Notes under the pieces: model-generated
The model's database searches: none
What the model saw: only the letters and a program-made list of their open reading frames with translations
What the model was told of the DNA's origin: nothing
Source: Eledone cirrhosa
Lineage: Eukaryota
Assembly (NCBI GenBank): GCA_964016885.1
Contig: OZ024743.1
Location: 72,788,001 to 72,852,000 of the forward strand
Length of the DNA stretch: 64,000 nucleotides
Direction: 5' to 3'
Position numbers and translations under genes: made by a program
Part shown: piece after piece, positions 39,749 through 53,766 of the stretch
How positions within the stretch are numbered: the first letter of the stretch is position 1
How the letters are laid out: each line of letters opens with the position of its first letter

Positions 39749-40918
39749 TTACAGACACATACACAGAGTAGGCCCATTCACTCGGGCCATTCTTGCCTCT
39801 CTCGCCCATCTTTCAACCAAATGCTGGGAAGAGAGCACTTCCCTTTCTACACTGATTTTCCTTTTTAAATGAATTTTGAAAAAGTTAATCAGGGCATCAC
39901 CGAAGAGGTAAGTGCTCGTCTTCAGCCCTTTCAAACGTGTCCACCATATTATCTCTTTCGCCATGGCCACCAGTCAGATAAAAACTGCCTGCCCTTCCCG
40001 GGTAAAGGAGGAGGGCGGAGCAATCCTCATGATGGACTCAGCTGATAGCTGGATCCGTCCTACACGCGACAGCAGGTGTTCGACATAAACCCTCAAGTCA
40101 GCAATGCTAGAACACTGGACGAGTGCGTGCATGACGGTTTCATCGCCCTGCGCGCATCTCGGACATTCCCGGCTGAAGGCACCTCCATGCCTGTAGAGTT
40201 TATCCCGAACTGGCAAAGCTCCTCGGTAGCACTGCCAGGCCGGGGATTTCTGGAAGTTGTGCATAGGACCCGGCCCGCAAGTTCTTCCGAAGAGATTGGC
40301 TAGTTGACTTTCGTCGACGCCTAGAGTTTCCCCAAGTACGTCGTCGCTCTTCCCCTCCACTAATCCTCTATAGAACACCAAGGTGGAGTTTCCACCGATC
40401 ACATTGCCCGATTGGTCGAGGGCTGTGAGCGCCTGAAGACATTCCAGTCACCAAGCGCTCCCTCTCGGTATTCGCTGGACCCAGGACTGCAGCTCCGTCG
40501 AGGAGACGAGCTGGGGTAAGACGCGTCTAGCAAACAGCGACCACACCTTACCGCCGTCGAGGAAGAGATGGAGATGTCGTAGCCTGAATGCGTGTCTGCG
40601 CATCATCAGCCACGGCATTCCCAGCCCTCCACGTAGCGGATGTTGACAGCAGATGGACCGCCTGACCATCCGAGCGCGTCCCTTCCACAAAAAGCGAGAG
40701 AGCAAATGCCCCAGCGCAGTCAGGCGGGGCTTAGGAAAAGGTACGACGGTCAGGTGGTAGTAGATGACGGACGCGATATACGCGTTAGCCACCTCCGCTC
40801 GACCTTTCAGGGATAACTTCCTCTCAGCCCATTTAGGGATGAGAGAAGCCACCCTGCTCGTCACCTCGTCCCAATTTTTGTCCGTCTGGAGATCCGGACC
40901 GAACCAGACCCCGAGCAA
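39749..40918 (-). pseudogene. Tx1/L1-like ORF2 C-terminal part (RT thumb and zinc domain)
   Basis: LLGVWFG, KWAERKLSLKGRA, RFLWKG, GGLGMP, CPRC motifs. Confidence 0.85.
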
Positions 40919-40919
40919 T

Positions 40920-41487
40920 TTAACTTGTGTTTGTTTTAGTTTTTTCTTTAGTTTTTTTTTTAGGTTTTTATCTATTTGTTTGTTTGTTTATTTATGTTCG
41001 TCTACAGCGTGACGGTGCCACGCTAAAATCACCGAGGGTGATGAAATCACCGGTAGTTATGTAACCATACATTCACCAATCCTGGATATGAGTGCTTAAA
41101 TGTCGAACATAAACAGTTCGAATAACGGTGAAGTGGAGACTGGAATGTCATGTGACAGACTCTCTCCCAGCGGGTGCTCCCTGGCCCAGCAGCAGGAACC
41201 TGGCTGTCATCCAAATACTGCTGGTGTTGGAGGAAGAAGAAGGAAAGAGACCAGAACCAACTGGACGAAAGAATGGAATAGAGCTGTTATGCAATGTTAC
41301 CTGAAGAGTAACCCCAAGGAAAAAGGCTATAGGAAACGGATGCATAACATCTGGAACGAGATTGGTCTATTTAAATTAGATGAACAAAACATGGCTGGGC
41401 AGGCTCGGGTAATAAGAACTAATGGGTGGATAAGCGAGTTGGCACTGGAGGAACTGAGCAGAGAGATTAGGTTGGAAATGGAGAGTG
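40920..41487 (+). mobile_element. 5' fragment of R4/Dong-like element inside the Tx1 RT region
   Basis: 41100-41487 is close to 46997-47388 (MSNINSSNNGE..RTNWTKEWNRAVMQCYLKSNPKEKGYRKRMHNIW). Confidence 0.9.
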
Positions 41488-42881
41488 GTCGCCGAACAAG
41501 TCTGGCATATACGCATAAAGCTCGTAGGGCAGACCATTCAACCGGGCGATTTACCCCTCGTGCTGTCAGACATCGTGCCCCGTATTTCACCTGCTGTTAT
41601 AGGCTTTTCGCAGCACTGGGCTGCGGTCGTTGAGAGACGCGGCAGTCCGTCGAGGTATGCACCGAAGTCCATACTCCGATCCGGACCGCCGCCGCTGCCG
41701 AACAATTGAGCAAAGTGCTGTTGAAAAGCCGCGCACATCTGCTCGGATTCGAGCAACATGCGCCCGTTTTGATCAGGCAAAGACCATAATTGTGGACTTG
41801 TTGCCACGTCACGGCTCCAGCACCCGGACCCATTGAAGGGCTTTCGTCCCCTCGTGTCTTAGAGCACGCGCTCTAGCTCTGACAAAGCAGCCTTCATGCT
41901 TTTCGTGGAAGAATTGGTCGAGTGCCAATCTAGCCGCAAGCACGTCGGTTGTGATGCCTGTCCTAAACGCCTCTTCTAGCTTTCTAACTAGCTCTCCCAC
42001 GAGTCTATTTTCCTCTATCACTACTCCTTTGCTAAACCTTATCGATACTATTCTAATAACCCTTTTCAGAGTAAACCACCACCTGTTGTTGACGATCGCA
42101 CCCGTAAACGCACGCTTAACTAATTCGCTAATCCGGTCTCTGTAAGCTTTGAGCGCCAGAAACGACGCCTTCAGCTTCCAGTAGCCGGGCCCTTGCCTAT
42201 GGAGTCTATCTAAGTCAACTTCACAGATCACAAATGTGTGGTCCGTGTAGTCGAATACTTTAAATTGTAGACAACCTACACTAGCCATATCTGTTTCCCT
42301 ACAGAATACTCTATCTAAATATGATCTGGATGACCTGATGCGATTTGCCCATGTCCACATTGGCACATTCGGATAAACCAGTATATACCTGTCAGACATT
42401 TCAAAACGTCAGAGCAGGTTGTTGAGGCTTTTACACCCTCCTGCCCTGTCTACTAGCCCCACATAATCCCAGCATGCATCTAAGATACCGTTCCAGTCGC
42501 CCACTAACACTAAAGAGCGGGACGTTCCAAGAAAGGTCTCTAGACGCCTGACTAAATCTGGTCGTCCTGCCCCTGTTGGGACGTAGACGGCTACTAGCCT
42601 GAAAGCATTGCCTTCGCTGCCGGTCACGTCCAGCACCACCGACTTACCTTCTGGATCCAGGAAGATGGTCCGTAAGGCGAGATCCAAGCCTCTCCGAAAA
42701 AGCACGGCAACCCCTCCCCTCGATCCTGGACGGCTGGAGATGCGTATACATCGTAGCCGCCGAAGATCCGTGCGAAGGCTCGTGCTATGTTTAGTGACCT
42801 GAGGTCGTTGAGCAGGTGGCCCTGCTTCCGTGATGACCCCAGGCCACGTATATTTATACTGCCTATTCTAAGTACGGTCAT
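41488..42881 (-). pseudogene. Tx1/L1-like ORF2 N-terminal part (APE endonuclease to start of RT)
   Basis: ORF pieces 42624-42917, 42409-42705, 41809-42399, 41538-41807. Confidence 0.85.
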
Positions 42882-42913
42882 GTTGAATGAGAGATGGAGT
42901 AAGTGAGAAAGTG

Positions 42914-44938
42914 TCATTTACCTTGATCGTGTGGTGAAGGGACAGTAGAACCTTCCCTTTGCTTGGTCATGGGTGTTTCCAAGAAGATGTCGGTGTATAT
43001 CCGCTTGGTAACCGACACTCTGTCTCCAACTGCGTTGGGGAATTTTTGTTTTAAAAGTTTGTAATGTTCTATTTTGATTTCAATGATGTTTATGTTTGTC
43101 GGGAGAGTTATTGGTGTTGGTGGGGTGTAGTAGTTATTGTCTGTGATGTCTGTGTGCTGCTTTATATATTGTAGGAGTTCTTTATTTGCCTTGTTTATGG
43201 CTGTGTACTTTTTGCTGGGTGGGGTGATTTTGTTGCTGTTTTCTTGTTGTTGATGTTGGGTGTGTGCGTTTTGTTGTGTTTGCGATGTTGATGTTTTTGG
43301 TGATGCTGGTGGTGGTCTCATTCTTGTTGGTGGTGATGGTGATGGTGATGGTGTGGCTGCAAGTCTCTTTGCAGCCTTTTACCCCCCTCCCCTTGTCTGC
43401 CTTCGCTTTTGGAGCGTGAAGCTAAGGGTTTTTTCCTATTTTGTTTTTTGTGGCAGACCGTTTGCCATTTCCCTGCCCCCTCATACTCCATTTCAGATTC
43501 CGTGGCGTCTGGGATGGGTATGAGCTCCATTGCTGTTGGTGGTGGTAGTGGAGCCCGCTCCGGCGATTTTGCCGCCGGTGTAGTTACTTCGACTTTTGGT
43601 GTTGCCGCCACTGCTGCCGCCACTGCTGCCGCCACTGCTGCCGCTGCTTTAGTTGTCCGTGGCCTTCGTATGGAACCCACGGGCATTGCCCTCCTACTCA
43701 CCATGGAAGGGTCTTCTGTCTCTGTTGCCTGCCCTGCTCTTGGTAGCAGCGGATCAGGCGTCGGAAGGAGGAGGGCCTTCTTCTTGACTGTCTTCTGCGG
43801 ACAGAAGGCCCTGAGGTGACCCTTCTGCCCACAGAGATAGCACTTTGGGCGCCTTCCTTCCACGCTTATAGGGAGTTGGAGCTCTTCTTCGAGGACTATG
43901 ATGTCTGGGATGCCCTCGATACACTCCTGGTCAGTGTGTATTATTATTTGCATGCCTATTCCTGAACAGTTCTCTCTTCCCATTCTCTGTATTTGCAATA
44001 TGGTGGTCTTCTCCTCGATTCCAGCAAGTACAGACGCAGCCAGCCAATGTATAGGCACGTCGAGCGGGACCTGGGTCACTTTGACCCTCACAATTTTCTG
44101 CCCGCAGTAAATAGCAGGGCTCCAAGACTATCTCCTCACTCTTTAGGGTTTCCAAAGAGTGAGACTTCGCCTCTTGGGGTGGGGTGGGGGTGGGGGTACG
44201 TATACTGTGGCATACTTTTTACCTCGGGTGATGCGGGTTTTGCGCGCCCAGACGCACACCAAAGCCTTTTTCTTATTTGAGCCTCCGTGGCTCTCTCGAT
44301 CCGATGTGACATTTTGCTTACGGTGCGGTATGTCACCGTGCCCAGATGCTGGTCTTTGAAAAAATCGGGTGGAGGTTTCAGCGAAACTCTATTGTCGTTT
44401 CTCGACACCAAGGCTTTTGCGACTGCCATCTCCTCCTCTGTGACTAGCACTGTTTCGATTTTCGGGCCACACCTGCAAAAGAAGTGGCCTCTTTTTCAGC
44501 GGCACCTTTATCGCTACCGCTACTGCTGCTACTGGTCTTGTTGTTGGTGCTGTTGTTTTTGCTACTGCTACAAACGGTGTTGTTGGTGTTGTTGCTGTTA
44601 TCACTGTTGTAGTTGCTTGTGTTTTTGGTGCCAACGTTGTTGTTGTTTTCAGTGCAATTTGTATTGTTGCTGTTGCTGTTGTCGTTGTTTATTTTCTTGT
44701 TAGTGGTGTTAATATCGTTGCATTTGTTGTCATTTTTTGTTGTTGTCTGTATTTTGGTTGACGCTGTTATTGTTGTAGTTGGTGTAGTATTTTTTTCAAA
44801 ATTAGTGTTCTCAGTGTTGTCTTTGTTCAGGTTGATTGTGATGGTGGTTGTTGTATCAATTTCTGTAACCCTCCTCTCAAATTTTACGCCGTTGTCACAC
44901 GACAGCAGACATATTGCTGGGGGCGTGGCTCAGCCATG
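42914..44938 (-). pseudogene. Tx1/L1-like ORF1 (zinc-knuckle nucleic-acid-binding protein), disrupted
   Basis: ORF pieces 44136-44450, 43318-44091 (VEGRRPKCYLCGQKGH) and 42914-43321. Confidence 0.75.
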
Positions 44939-45148
44939 TTTTTTTTATTTTTAAAGGTATAATAGTAAAGATTTTTTTTTCAAGTATAATATTTGGTTCT
45001 TTTGTCCCAAATATTATACTTTCCCCTTCACAGGGCAAATTCCAAGGGCTTATATCCCTTACATAACAACAAAAATTTAGCAACAAATAATTATAACAGG
45101 TAAATAATGCGACTTACTGGGAGCGAGCAAAAAGACGTCCGAACAGAC

Positions 45149-45216
<68 letters not shown>

Positions 45217-45219
<3 letters not shown>

Positions 45220-46197
45220 TTCCACAAGAGGAGTGATGTCGATAGACTCTACCTAAGGAGATCTGAGGGTGGAAGAGGTCTTATCAGCATAGAGGACTGT
45301 GTTCAGATGGAGAAAAACAACCTATACAAATACGTGACCTATAGTAAGGAGCCAATGCTCAGAACTGTACTGAAGGAGGGGACAGTAGGCCAGGGGATGT
45401 CCAAGGAGGAAATAACATCAAGGAGGAAGAGCAGCCTTAAGGGAAAATCCCTTCATAGTACCTTCTTTGAGAAAACTGAATTTAGAGATCCACAGACATG
45501 GAACTGGTTGAGAAGAGGAGACCTCAAAAAGGCTACAGAAGGAATGCTAACGGCTGCGCAGGAGCAGGCCCTCAAAACGAAGTGGTTGAAGCACCATATC
45601 TACAAGGAGGAGGCTAGCCCACTGTGCAGGATCTGTGGAGAGAGAGAGGAGACTGTGGCTCACATTGTGTCCGAGTGTAAACACCTAGCCCAGACCCACT
45701 ATAAGGGCTGGAGACACGATGTGATGGGCAGGGTGATCCACTGGCACCTGTGCAAAGTAAACAATTTACCACATTCTGAGAAATGGTATGAGCATAGGCC
45801 AGAGGCGGTGATGGAGAACAATCAGGTGAAGGTGCTGTGGGATTTTAGGATACAGACGGACAAAAAACTGGAACACAATAGACCTGACCTGGTGGTTGTG
45901 GACAAAGAAAAGAGATCGTGCCTGATTGTGGATGTGGCCTGCCCGTTCGACACGAGAGTGCAAGAGAAGGAGAGGGAGAAAATTAACCGATACCAGGACC
46001 TAAAGTGGGAGGTGAAAAGGATTTGGAACTGCCATGAAGTCAAAGTGATCCCGATTGTCATAGGCGCACTGGGGACTATCTCCAAAAGTTTCCAGGGATG
46101 GTTAAAGAAAATCGGCCCCTTCACGCTTTTTGGAACGCTTCAAAAGGCATGCTTGCTTGGAACAGCAAGAACCGTCCGATACGTCCTGAATATCTGA
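45217..46197 (+). CDS. Open C-terminal ORF of a 5'-truncated R4/Dong-like retrotransposon (CCHC plus restriction-like endonuclease)
   Basis: 326 aa open: RLYL..GGRGL, CRICGEREETVAHIVSEC, RHD, RPDLVVVD..IVDVACP, KINRYQDL; element 45214-46272 flanked by (AAT)n. Confidence 0.85.
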
Positions 46198-46302
46198 GGC
46201 TGCAGGTAGTGGCTTGATATTCAATCCAACGGACTTTCCAGTTAACCAACATCAATGACTGAGATTCAAGGAATAACAACAATAATAATAATAATAATAA
46301 TA

Positions 46303-46510
46303 ATCGACTCAAATTTATACCCCAACTACAACACCATCACTACAGTATTACGATCACATCACCACCACTACTAAACGACTACAGATTACTATTTCACCAC
46401 CAGTAACACCACCACTACCACGATGAAAACTCTGGTCAAATCGACTCAAATGTATACCCCAACTACAACACCATCACTACAGTAATACGATCGCATCACC
46501 ACCACCACTG
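46303..46510. repeat. Short tandem duplication (period about 138 bp) in ACC/ACT-rich sequence
   Basis: tcgactcaaat.tataccccaactacaacaccatcactacagta at 46303 and 46441. Confidence 0.8.
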
Positions 46511-46829
46511 CCTCAGTATCGCTACCGCCGCTATTCTCTCCCATTACCTCCTGCTGCTAGCACAGCAACGCCACCACATTGTAGAATTCCTAGTAAAAAA
46601 GAGGAAGGCATCAAAATATATATATAGACTCAAAAGGAAAAACAAAAATCAAAATCAAAGCAGCACAGCAACAAGAACAACAACAAAAAAAAGCAGACAA
46701 AGAAAACAAAAACAAAAAAACGTAAAGAAAATAAGAATGAAGAGAGAAAGAAACGGACGGACAGAGAAGGGAAGGGAAAAACTAAGTCAGACGTTCGAAC
46801 ACTACATTACAATGAAACTTATGCTTATT

Positions 46830-49800
46830 CATTTTTTGGGGTTTTTCTGCCTGTTTGTTTGTTTGTTTATTTGTGTTCGTCTACAGCGTGATAATGCCAC
46901 ACAAGAGCCACGTGGAGCGACGCAACCACCGGAGACGGTGAATCCACAGGTGGTTATGTAACCATACATTCGCCAATCCTCGATAAGAGTGTTTAAATGT
47001 CGAACCTAAACAGTTCGAATAACGGTGAAATGGAGACTAGAACGTCATGTGACAGACTCTCACCCAACAGGTGCTCCCTGGCTCAGCAGCCGGGGCCTGG
47101 CTGTCAACCAAATACTGCTGGTGTCGGAGGAAGAAGAAGAAGGAAAGGGACAAGAACCAACTGGACGAAAGAATTGAATAGAACTGTTATGCAATGTTAC
47201 CTGAAAAGTAACCCCAAGGAGAGGGGCTATAGGAGACGGATGCATAACATCTGGAACGAGATTGGTCTATTTAAATTAGATGAACAAAAATTGGCCGGGC
47301 AGGCTCGGGTAATTAGAACTAATGGGTGGATAAGCGAGCTGGAACTGGAGGAACTGAGCAGAGAGATTAGCTTGGAGATGGAGGGTGGTGTATGCCAGGC
47401 AAACGAGCCAGTGGGAAATGAAGGTGAAGAGGTCGAGAGAACGGAGGAACCACCCGAAGCAGATAATGATCTGAATACTGAGATAAATAATATCTGGAAC
47501 AGAGATACGGCCACTGAGGAGATGAATGCTGACGGGCTAGGACAAGATTTGGTTGACATCCTAAATTTAGTGGTAGATGAATTGAACGATGATAGTGGGA
47601 GACCTATGAACCTAAGATTTGTAGACAGGAAAAAGTTAAAAGAAACAACAGCTAAGGTAAACAAAGTAATCCCATACCTTGAGGCGAAGAGCCTTCACCA
47701 GTGCAACAATATCCTCAAAGCAACAGCAAATACGGTGAGGAAACTACTTGGTATAAAAGCGAGTGGAAACAACAGACAAGAAAGAGCAGAGCCTTGGTGG
47801 AAGAAACGACTGAGTGGTCAAATCAGGGAAATGAGAAATGACATTGGAAAGCTTGAGTCACTACTGAATGGGACACTAAAAAACATAGACACTAAAAATA
47901 GACTGGAAATAAAGTACAAAACTAGGAGGAAAAAGCTAAATATTATCATAGAGGAACTGAAGCAACGCATTGTAGCAAAGAGTGCAAAAATCAGGCGATA
48001 CGAGAACAGAGTCAGTCAGTATAAACAGAACCGCATGTTCGACAACAACCAGAAGATGCTGTTTGGACAGCTTGAGGGGAAAGAAAGAGGCAACGACTTG
48101 ATCCCTGAGGCGGAACAAACTAAAACATTCTGGAGAGGAATATGGGAGCAGGATGTTAGACATAATGACCAGGCAGTGTGGACTGAGACAGTACAGAAGG
48201 AGATCGGTGAACAGGCACACCAACAAACTGATTTGAGTATCACAGTTGAAACTCTTAAGGGGCAGGCCAAAAAACTAACCAACTGGAAATCACCAGGCCC
48301 AGATGGTGTGCAGGGGTATTGGATTAAAAATATAACATCCCTCCACCCGAAACTGACAACCATGTTCAATGACTGCTTGATGTCAGGTGAGGTACCAGAG
48401 TGGTTGACAAAAGGTACCACAGTTCTGATAATGAAAGACCGAATCAAGGGTAATGATGTTACCAACTATAGACCTATCACATGTCTGTCCGTAATGTGGA
48501 AACTGTTGACGAGCATTGTGTCTGAGGAAATCAACCATCACCTCCACACAAACAACTTGTTACCGGACGAATAGAAAGGATGCCGAAAGAAGTCACGTGG
48601 TACAAAGGACCAATTACTTATTGATAAGATGGTAATGGGGAATTGCAGGAGAAGACACACTGATCTTGCCATGGGATGGATAGACTACAGAAAGGCATTT
48701 GACATGGTGCCTCATTCTTGGTCACCAAAAGCCTGGATATCTTCAAGGTGGCAGATAACATCAGACAATTGTTGGGCAAAAGTATGAGGTCCTGGGAAAC
48801 AGAGTTGACATCAACTGGAGAATCCTTGGGAAGCGTGAAGATCAACAGAGGTATCTTTCAGGGAGATAGCCTGTCCCCTCTGCTGTTTGTCCTTGCCCTG
48901 ATGCCCCTGACCAGTGTACTGCGAAACGTGAGAGCAGGATACAAGTTGGGAAAGGGAGGGCTTACCATCAATCACCTCCACTTCATGGACGATCTTAAGC
49001 TCTTCGGGAAGAGTGAGAAGGAGTTGGATGTGCTTGTTGACACTGTCCGTATTTTCAGCAGTGATATATGTATGCAGTTTGGTATTAGTAAGTGTGGAGT
49101 CATTGTGATGAGGAAGGGTAGGTTGAGCAGAAGTAACGGAATCCAGATACCAACAGGTGAGATGATAAAGGAAATTGACTCTGAGGAAGGATACAAGTAT
49201 TTGGGCGTTCTGGGGGCTGATGGCATAAAGAACAAAAAAATGAAGGAATTGTAAAGAACTGAATAAGCACACCAACAACCTGATTTCAGTATCACAGTTG
49301 AAACTCTTAAGGGGCAGGCCAAAAAACTAACAAACTGGAAATCACCTGACCCAGATGGTGTACAAGGGTATTGGATTAAAAATATAACATCCCTCCACCC
49401 GAAACTGACAACCATGTTGAATGACTGCTTGATGTCAGGTGAGGTATAGGCCTATCACATGTCGGTCCGTAACGTGGAAACTGTTAACAAGCATTGTGTC
49501 TGAGGAAATCTACCATCACCTCCACATAAAAAACTTGTTACCGGACGAAGAGAAAGGATGCCGAATGAAGTCCCGTGGTACAAAATACCAGTTACTTATT
49601 GATAAGATGGTAATGAGGAATTGCAAGAGGAGGCACACTGGTCTTGCCATGCGATGAGTAGATTACAAAAAGGCTTTCGACATGGTACCTCATTCTTGGA
49701 TAACCAAAAGCCTAGAGATCTTCAAGGTGGCAGATAACATCAGACAGCTATTAAGCAAAAGTATGAAGTCCTGGGAAACAGAATTAACATCAGTTGGAGA

Positions 49801-51455
49801 ATCCTTGGGAGCCGTGAAGATCAAGAGAGGTATCTTCCAGGGAGATCGTTGTTTGTCCTTGCCCTGATACCCCTGTCCGTCATACTGTGAAAAGTGAGAG
49901 TAGGATACAAGTTGGGAAGTCGAGAGCTTACCATCAACCACCTTCCCTTCATGGACGATATTAAAGTCTTTGGGAAGAGTGAGAAGGAGTTGGATATACT
50001 TGTTGATACTATCCGTAATTTCAGCAATGATATATGTATGGAGTCTGGTGTTAATAAGTGTGGAGTACTAGTGAAGAAGAGGGGTAAATTGAGCAAAAGC
50101 AACGGAATCCATGTCCCAACAGGTGAGATGATAAAGGAAATTGACACTGAAGAGGAATACAAATATTTAGGTGTTGTGGAGGCATATGACTTCAAGAACA
50201 AAATATGAAGGAATTGATAAGATCTGAATACATAAGGAGAGTAAGGAACATACCAAAATCACACCTAAATAGTAGAAATGTCATAAGTGCAGTAAATTCC
50301 CGAGTTGTGTCTTTTATTGGGTACAGTGCGGGAATTCTGAAATGGAATGTTGCTGAACAAAGATAAATGGATAGGAAGACTAGGAAGCTAATGACTATCT
50401 ACAACATGTTCAAAAAGAGGAGTGATGTTGACAGACTGTACTTAAAGAGATCTTAAGGTGGAAGAGGTCTTATCAGCATAAAGGATTGTGTTCAGATGGA
50501 GAAAAACAGCCTGCAAAAATATGTGGCTGACAGTAGGCAGCCAATGCTCAAAATTGGTCTGAAGGAGAAGACAAGAGATCAGAGGATGTCCAAGGAGGAA
50601 ATAACAACAAGGAGGAACAGTAACCTTCATGAAATATCCATTCATAACACCTTCTTAAGAAAATCAAATTTAGAGATCCACAGACATGGAACTGGTTAAA
50701 AAGAGGAGACCTTTAAAAAGCTACAGAAAGAATGCTAATGGCTGCGCGAGAGCAAGCCCTCAGAACGAAATGGGTGAAACACCATATTGACAAGTAGGAG
50801 GCTAGCTCACTGTGCAGGAATCTGTGGGGAGAGAGAGGAGACTGTGGCTCACATTGTATCCGAGTATAAACACCTAGACCAGACTCACTGTAAAGGCTGG
50901 AGACATGATGTGATAGGTAGGTTGGTCTACTGGCACTATGCAAAGTAAACAATTTACCACATTCTGAGAAGTGGTATGAGCATAAGCCAGAGTCGGTGAT
51001 AAAAAACGATCAGGTGAAGGTACTATGGGATTTTAGGATACAGATGGACAAGAAACTGGAACACAATAGGCCTGACCTGGTGGTTTTGGACAAGGAAAAA
51101 AGATCGTGTCTGATTGTAGATGTAGCCTGCCAATTTGACACGAGAGTGAAAGAAAAGGAGAGGGAGAAAATTAACCGATACCAGGATTTAAAGTGGGAGT
51201 TAAAAAGTATTTGGAATTGCCATAATATCAAGGTCGTCCCGATTGTCATAGGCGCACTAGGTACTATCTCAAAGAGTTTTCAACGATGGTTAAAGATGAT
51301 TAGTCCAGCCCCGCTTTTTGGAACACTCCAAAAGGCATGCTTGCTGGGTACAGCAAGAACCCTCCGATACGTCCTGAATGTCTGAGGCTGCAGGTAGTGA
51401 CTTGATATTCATTTCAACAAACTTTCCAGTTAAATAACATCAATGACTGGACTCA
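46830..51455 (+). mobile_element. Near full-length R4/Dong-like retrotransposon with duplicated RT region
   Basis: NWKSPGPDG, YRPITCL, GIFQGDSLSPLLF, FMDDLKLF, YKYLG and RLE domain; 48215-49250 repeated at 49265-50215; followed by (GAA)n(CAA)n. Confidence 0.92.
46997..49254 (+). pseudogene. R4/Dong ORF, N-terminal domain and RT (stop at 48574 and a frameshift)
   Basis: ORFs 46997-48574 (525 aa) and 48718-49254. Confidence 0.88.
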
Positions 51456-51530
51456 AAGAAGAAGAAGAAGAAGAAGAAGAAGAAGAAGAAGAAGAAGAAG
51501 AAGAAGAAGAAGAAGAAGAAGAAGAAGAAG

Positions 51531-51589
<59 letters not shown>

Positions 51590-51610
51590 CCACAGCAACA
51601 GCAGCAAGAA
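51456..51610. repeat. (GAA)n-(CAA)n compound microsatellite
   Basis: Seen directly. Confidence 0.95.
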
Positions 51611-52628
51611 CAGCCATATGTAGTTATAATTATTAGAAAATTAATTAGGTAAGATTTTTTTACTGTATTTGAGATTTTTTATAATGTTAATATATATGTT
51701 AATAGTTGTATTGTTATTCAAAGAAATCCAACTGTAATACAATTTAGCTAATGAGGGGCTACTATTTTTAAACTGTAGTATTACCGTTACAGTATTTTTA
51801 TATGAAACATTCCAGATATGCATTCTTTCATTTTTTTCATGTAAAGAACAATCATTCATTAACAATGTTCTACAATTCTAGTCATACTCTATGGATTTAA
51901 ATACCAATCTCGTGAGATTTGGACGGATTAAATATTACCTGCCAACTAAAATCCGATCTCAGTTGACGAAATGGAAATAATTAAAGTTCCACCAATAATT
52001 TAATGCTCTATTTCATTGTGAAGATTGTATTTATCTAAAGTTCTATATTCTCCACATGCAATTGTTACATAAACGAAAATGCGACAGTCATAGGAAATGT
52101 TTTCCAATCTTAAATATCATTAAGCATGTAATTATAAGAAAATTGATGCGAAAATAGCGGGATTTTGAGGAAATGTTACAGATGAGGGAATGGTTACAGG
52201 ACTTGGAGCTAAACTGATGCACGTTGGAAATATACATAACAAAATACCAAGGTTTGAAATAGCCATCCTGCCTATGGGTACCTTTAGCTGAGTCTATTAT
52301 CTTTCAAGCTTTGTATCCAAGTTTCTGCTGAAGAACAAGTTCATCCTTTACCCACAACGGTCATGGAAGATCCAGACAAATTTCTTGGGATATCAACATC
52401 CTCATCGAACTAAACTATTATGGAAAATACCCCAGCTGGTGGGAGCTGAATGTTTCTACATTGAAATATAGCTGATTTATCAGAGCATGGAATTGTTGAA
52501 ATGTTGAAATGCCCATAATAGATACTTCTGATAACTTAAACATATAGTTACCCTTGATTGTTTGCACACGTACTTGTATACGTATGTTTCTACAGACACA
52601 TACACACGTACACAATCATTCATATACG

Positions 52629-53042
<414 letters not shown>

Positions 53043-53048
53043 GTATAT

Positions 53049-53103
<55 letters not shown>

Positions 53104-53292
53104 AACAAGTAAGACCCCGACGGCTGAGCTCAAGCCGTTTCGACGGCTAATTCTGTACTCATTTATATCTCCATATATATATATATATATGGAGATATAA
53201 ATGATACAGAATCGAAAATCAACCGAGCAGTGAGTGTGTTCTGTTATTATTTCTGGCAATATTATTACAACAATATGACCCTCCCCAAGTAT

Positions 53293-53351
<59 letters not shown>

Positions 53352-53683
53352 TAAACGGAATAGAAAATACTGACAAATTGTTCACAGTGAAAAATAGTTT
53401 AATTAGGAATAAGTGAGAATTAGTAATAGTATTGGTTAGTATTCAGTTTTGGTTTTAAGTTTTACCGGTTGCGCATTTCTAATGCTTTTCAAAAATAATT
53501 TTGAGATAGAGCGTCCGTGATGTTTGCTCTGATCTGATTAGTTTTGGAAGTTCTACCTGTTTTCATGTTAAGAAAGTGGCTCCAGCGGTATTAAAATAAG
53601 TTTTGCGCCAATTCGTGTTGCAAAAATTCTTGTGGTCAAAACAATTTTGATTGGTCGGTAGAGGTCATGTGAATGTAAAAAAT

Positions 53684-53766
<83 letters not shown>

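Larger units (their letters stand above)
39501..45150 (-). mobile_element. L1/Tx1-clade non-LTR retrotransposon with RT core deleted
   Basis: ORF1 CCHC knuckle CYLCGQKGHLRAFC; ORF2 APE motifs IGSINIRGL, LVGDWN, YLDRVF, TDH, GPGYWK; KSPG; C-terminal CPRC..ETVMHALVQC; aataaa then (ATT)n at the 3' end. Confidence 0.9.

Noticed and set aside
51443-51652. PolyE/polyQ ORF
   Set aside because: (GAA)n(CAA)n microsatellite at the 3' end of the Dong-like element
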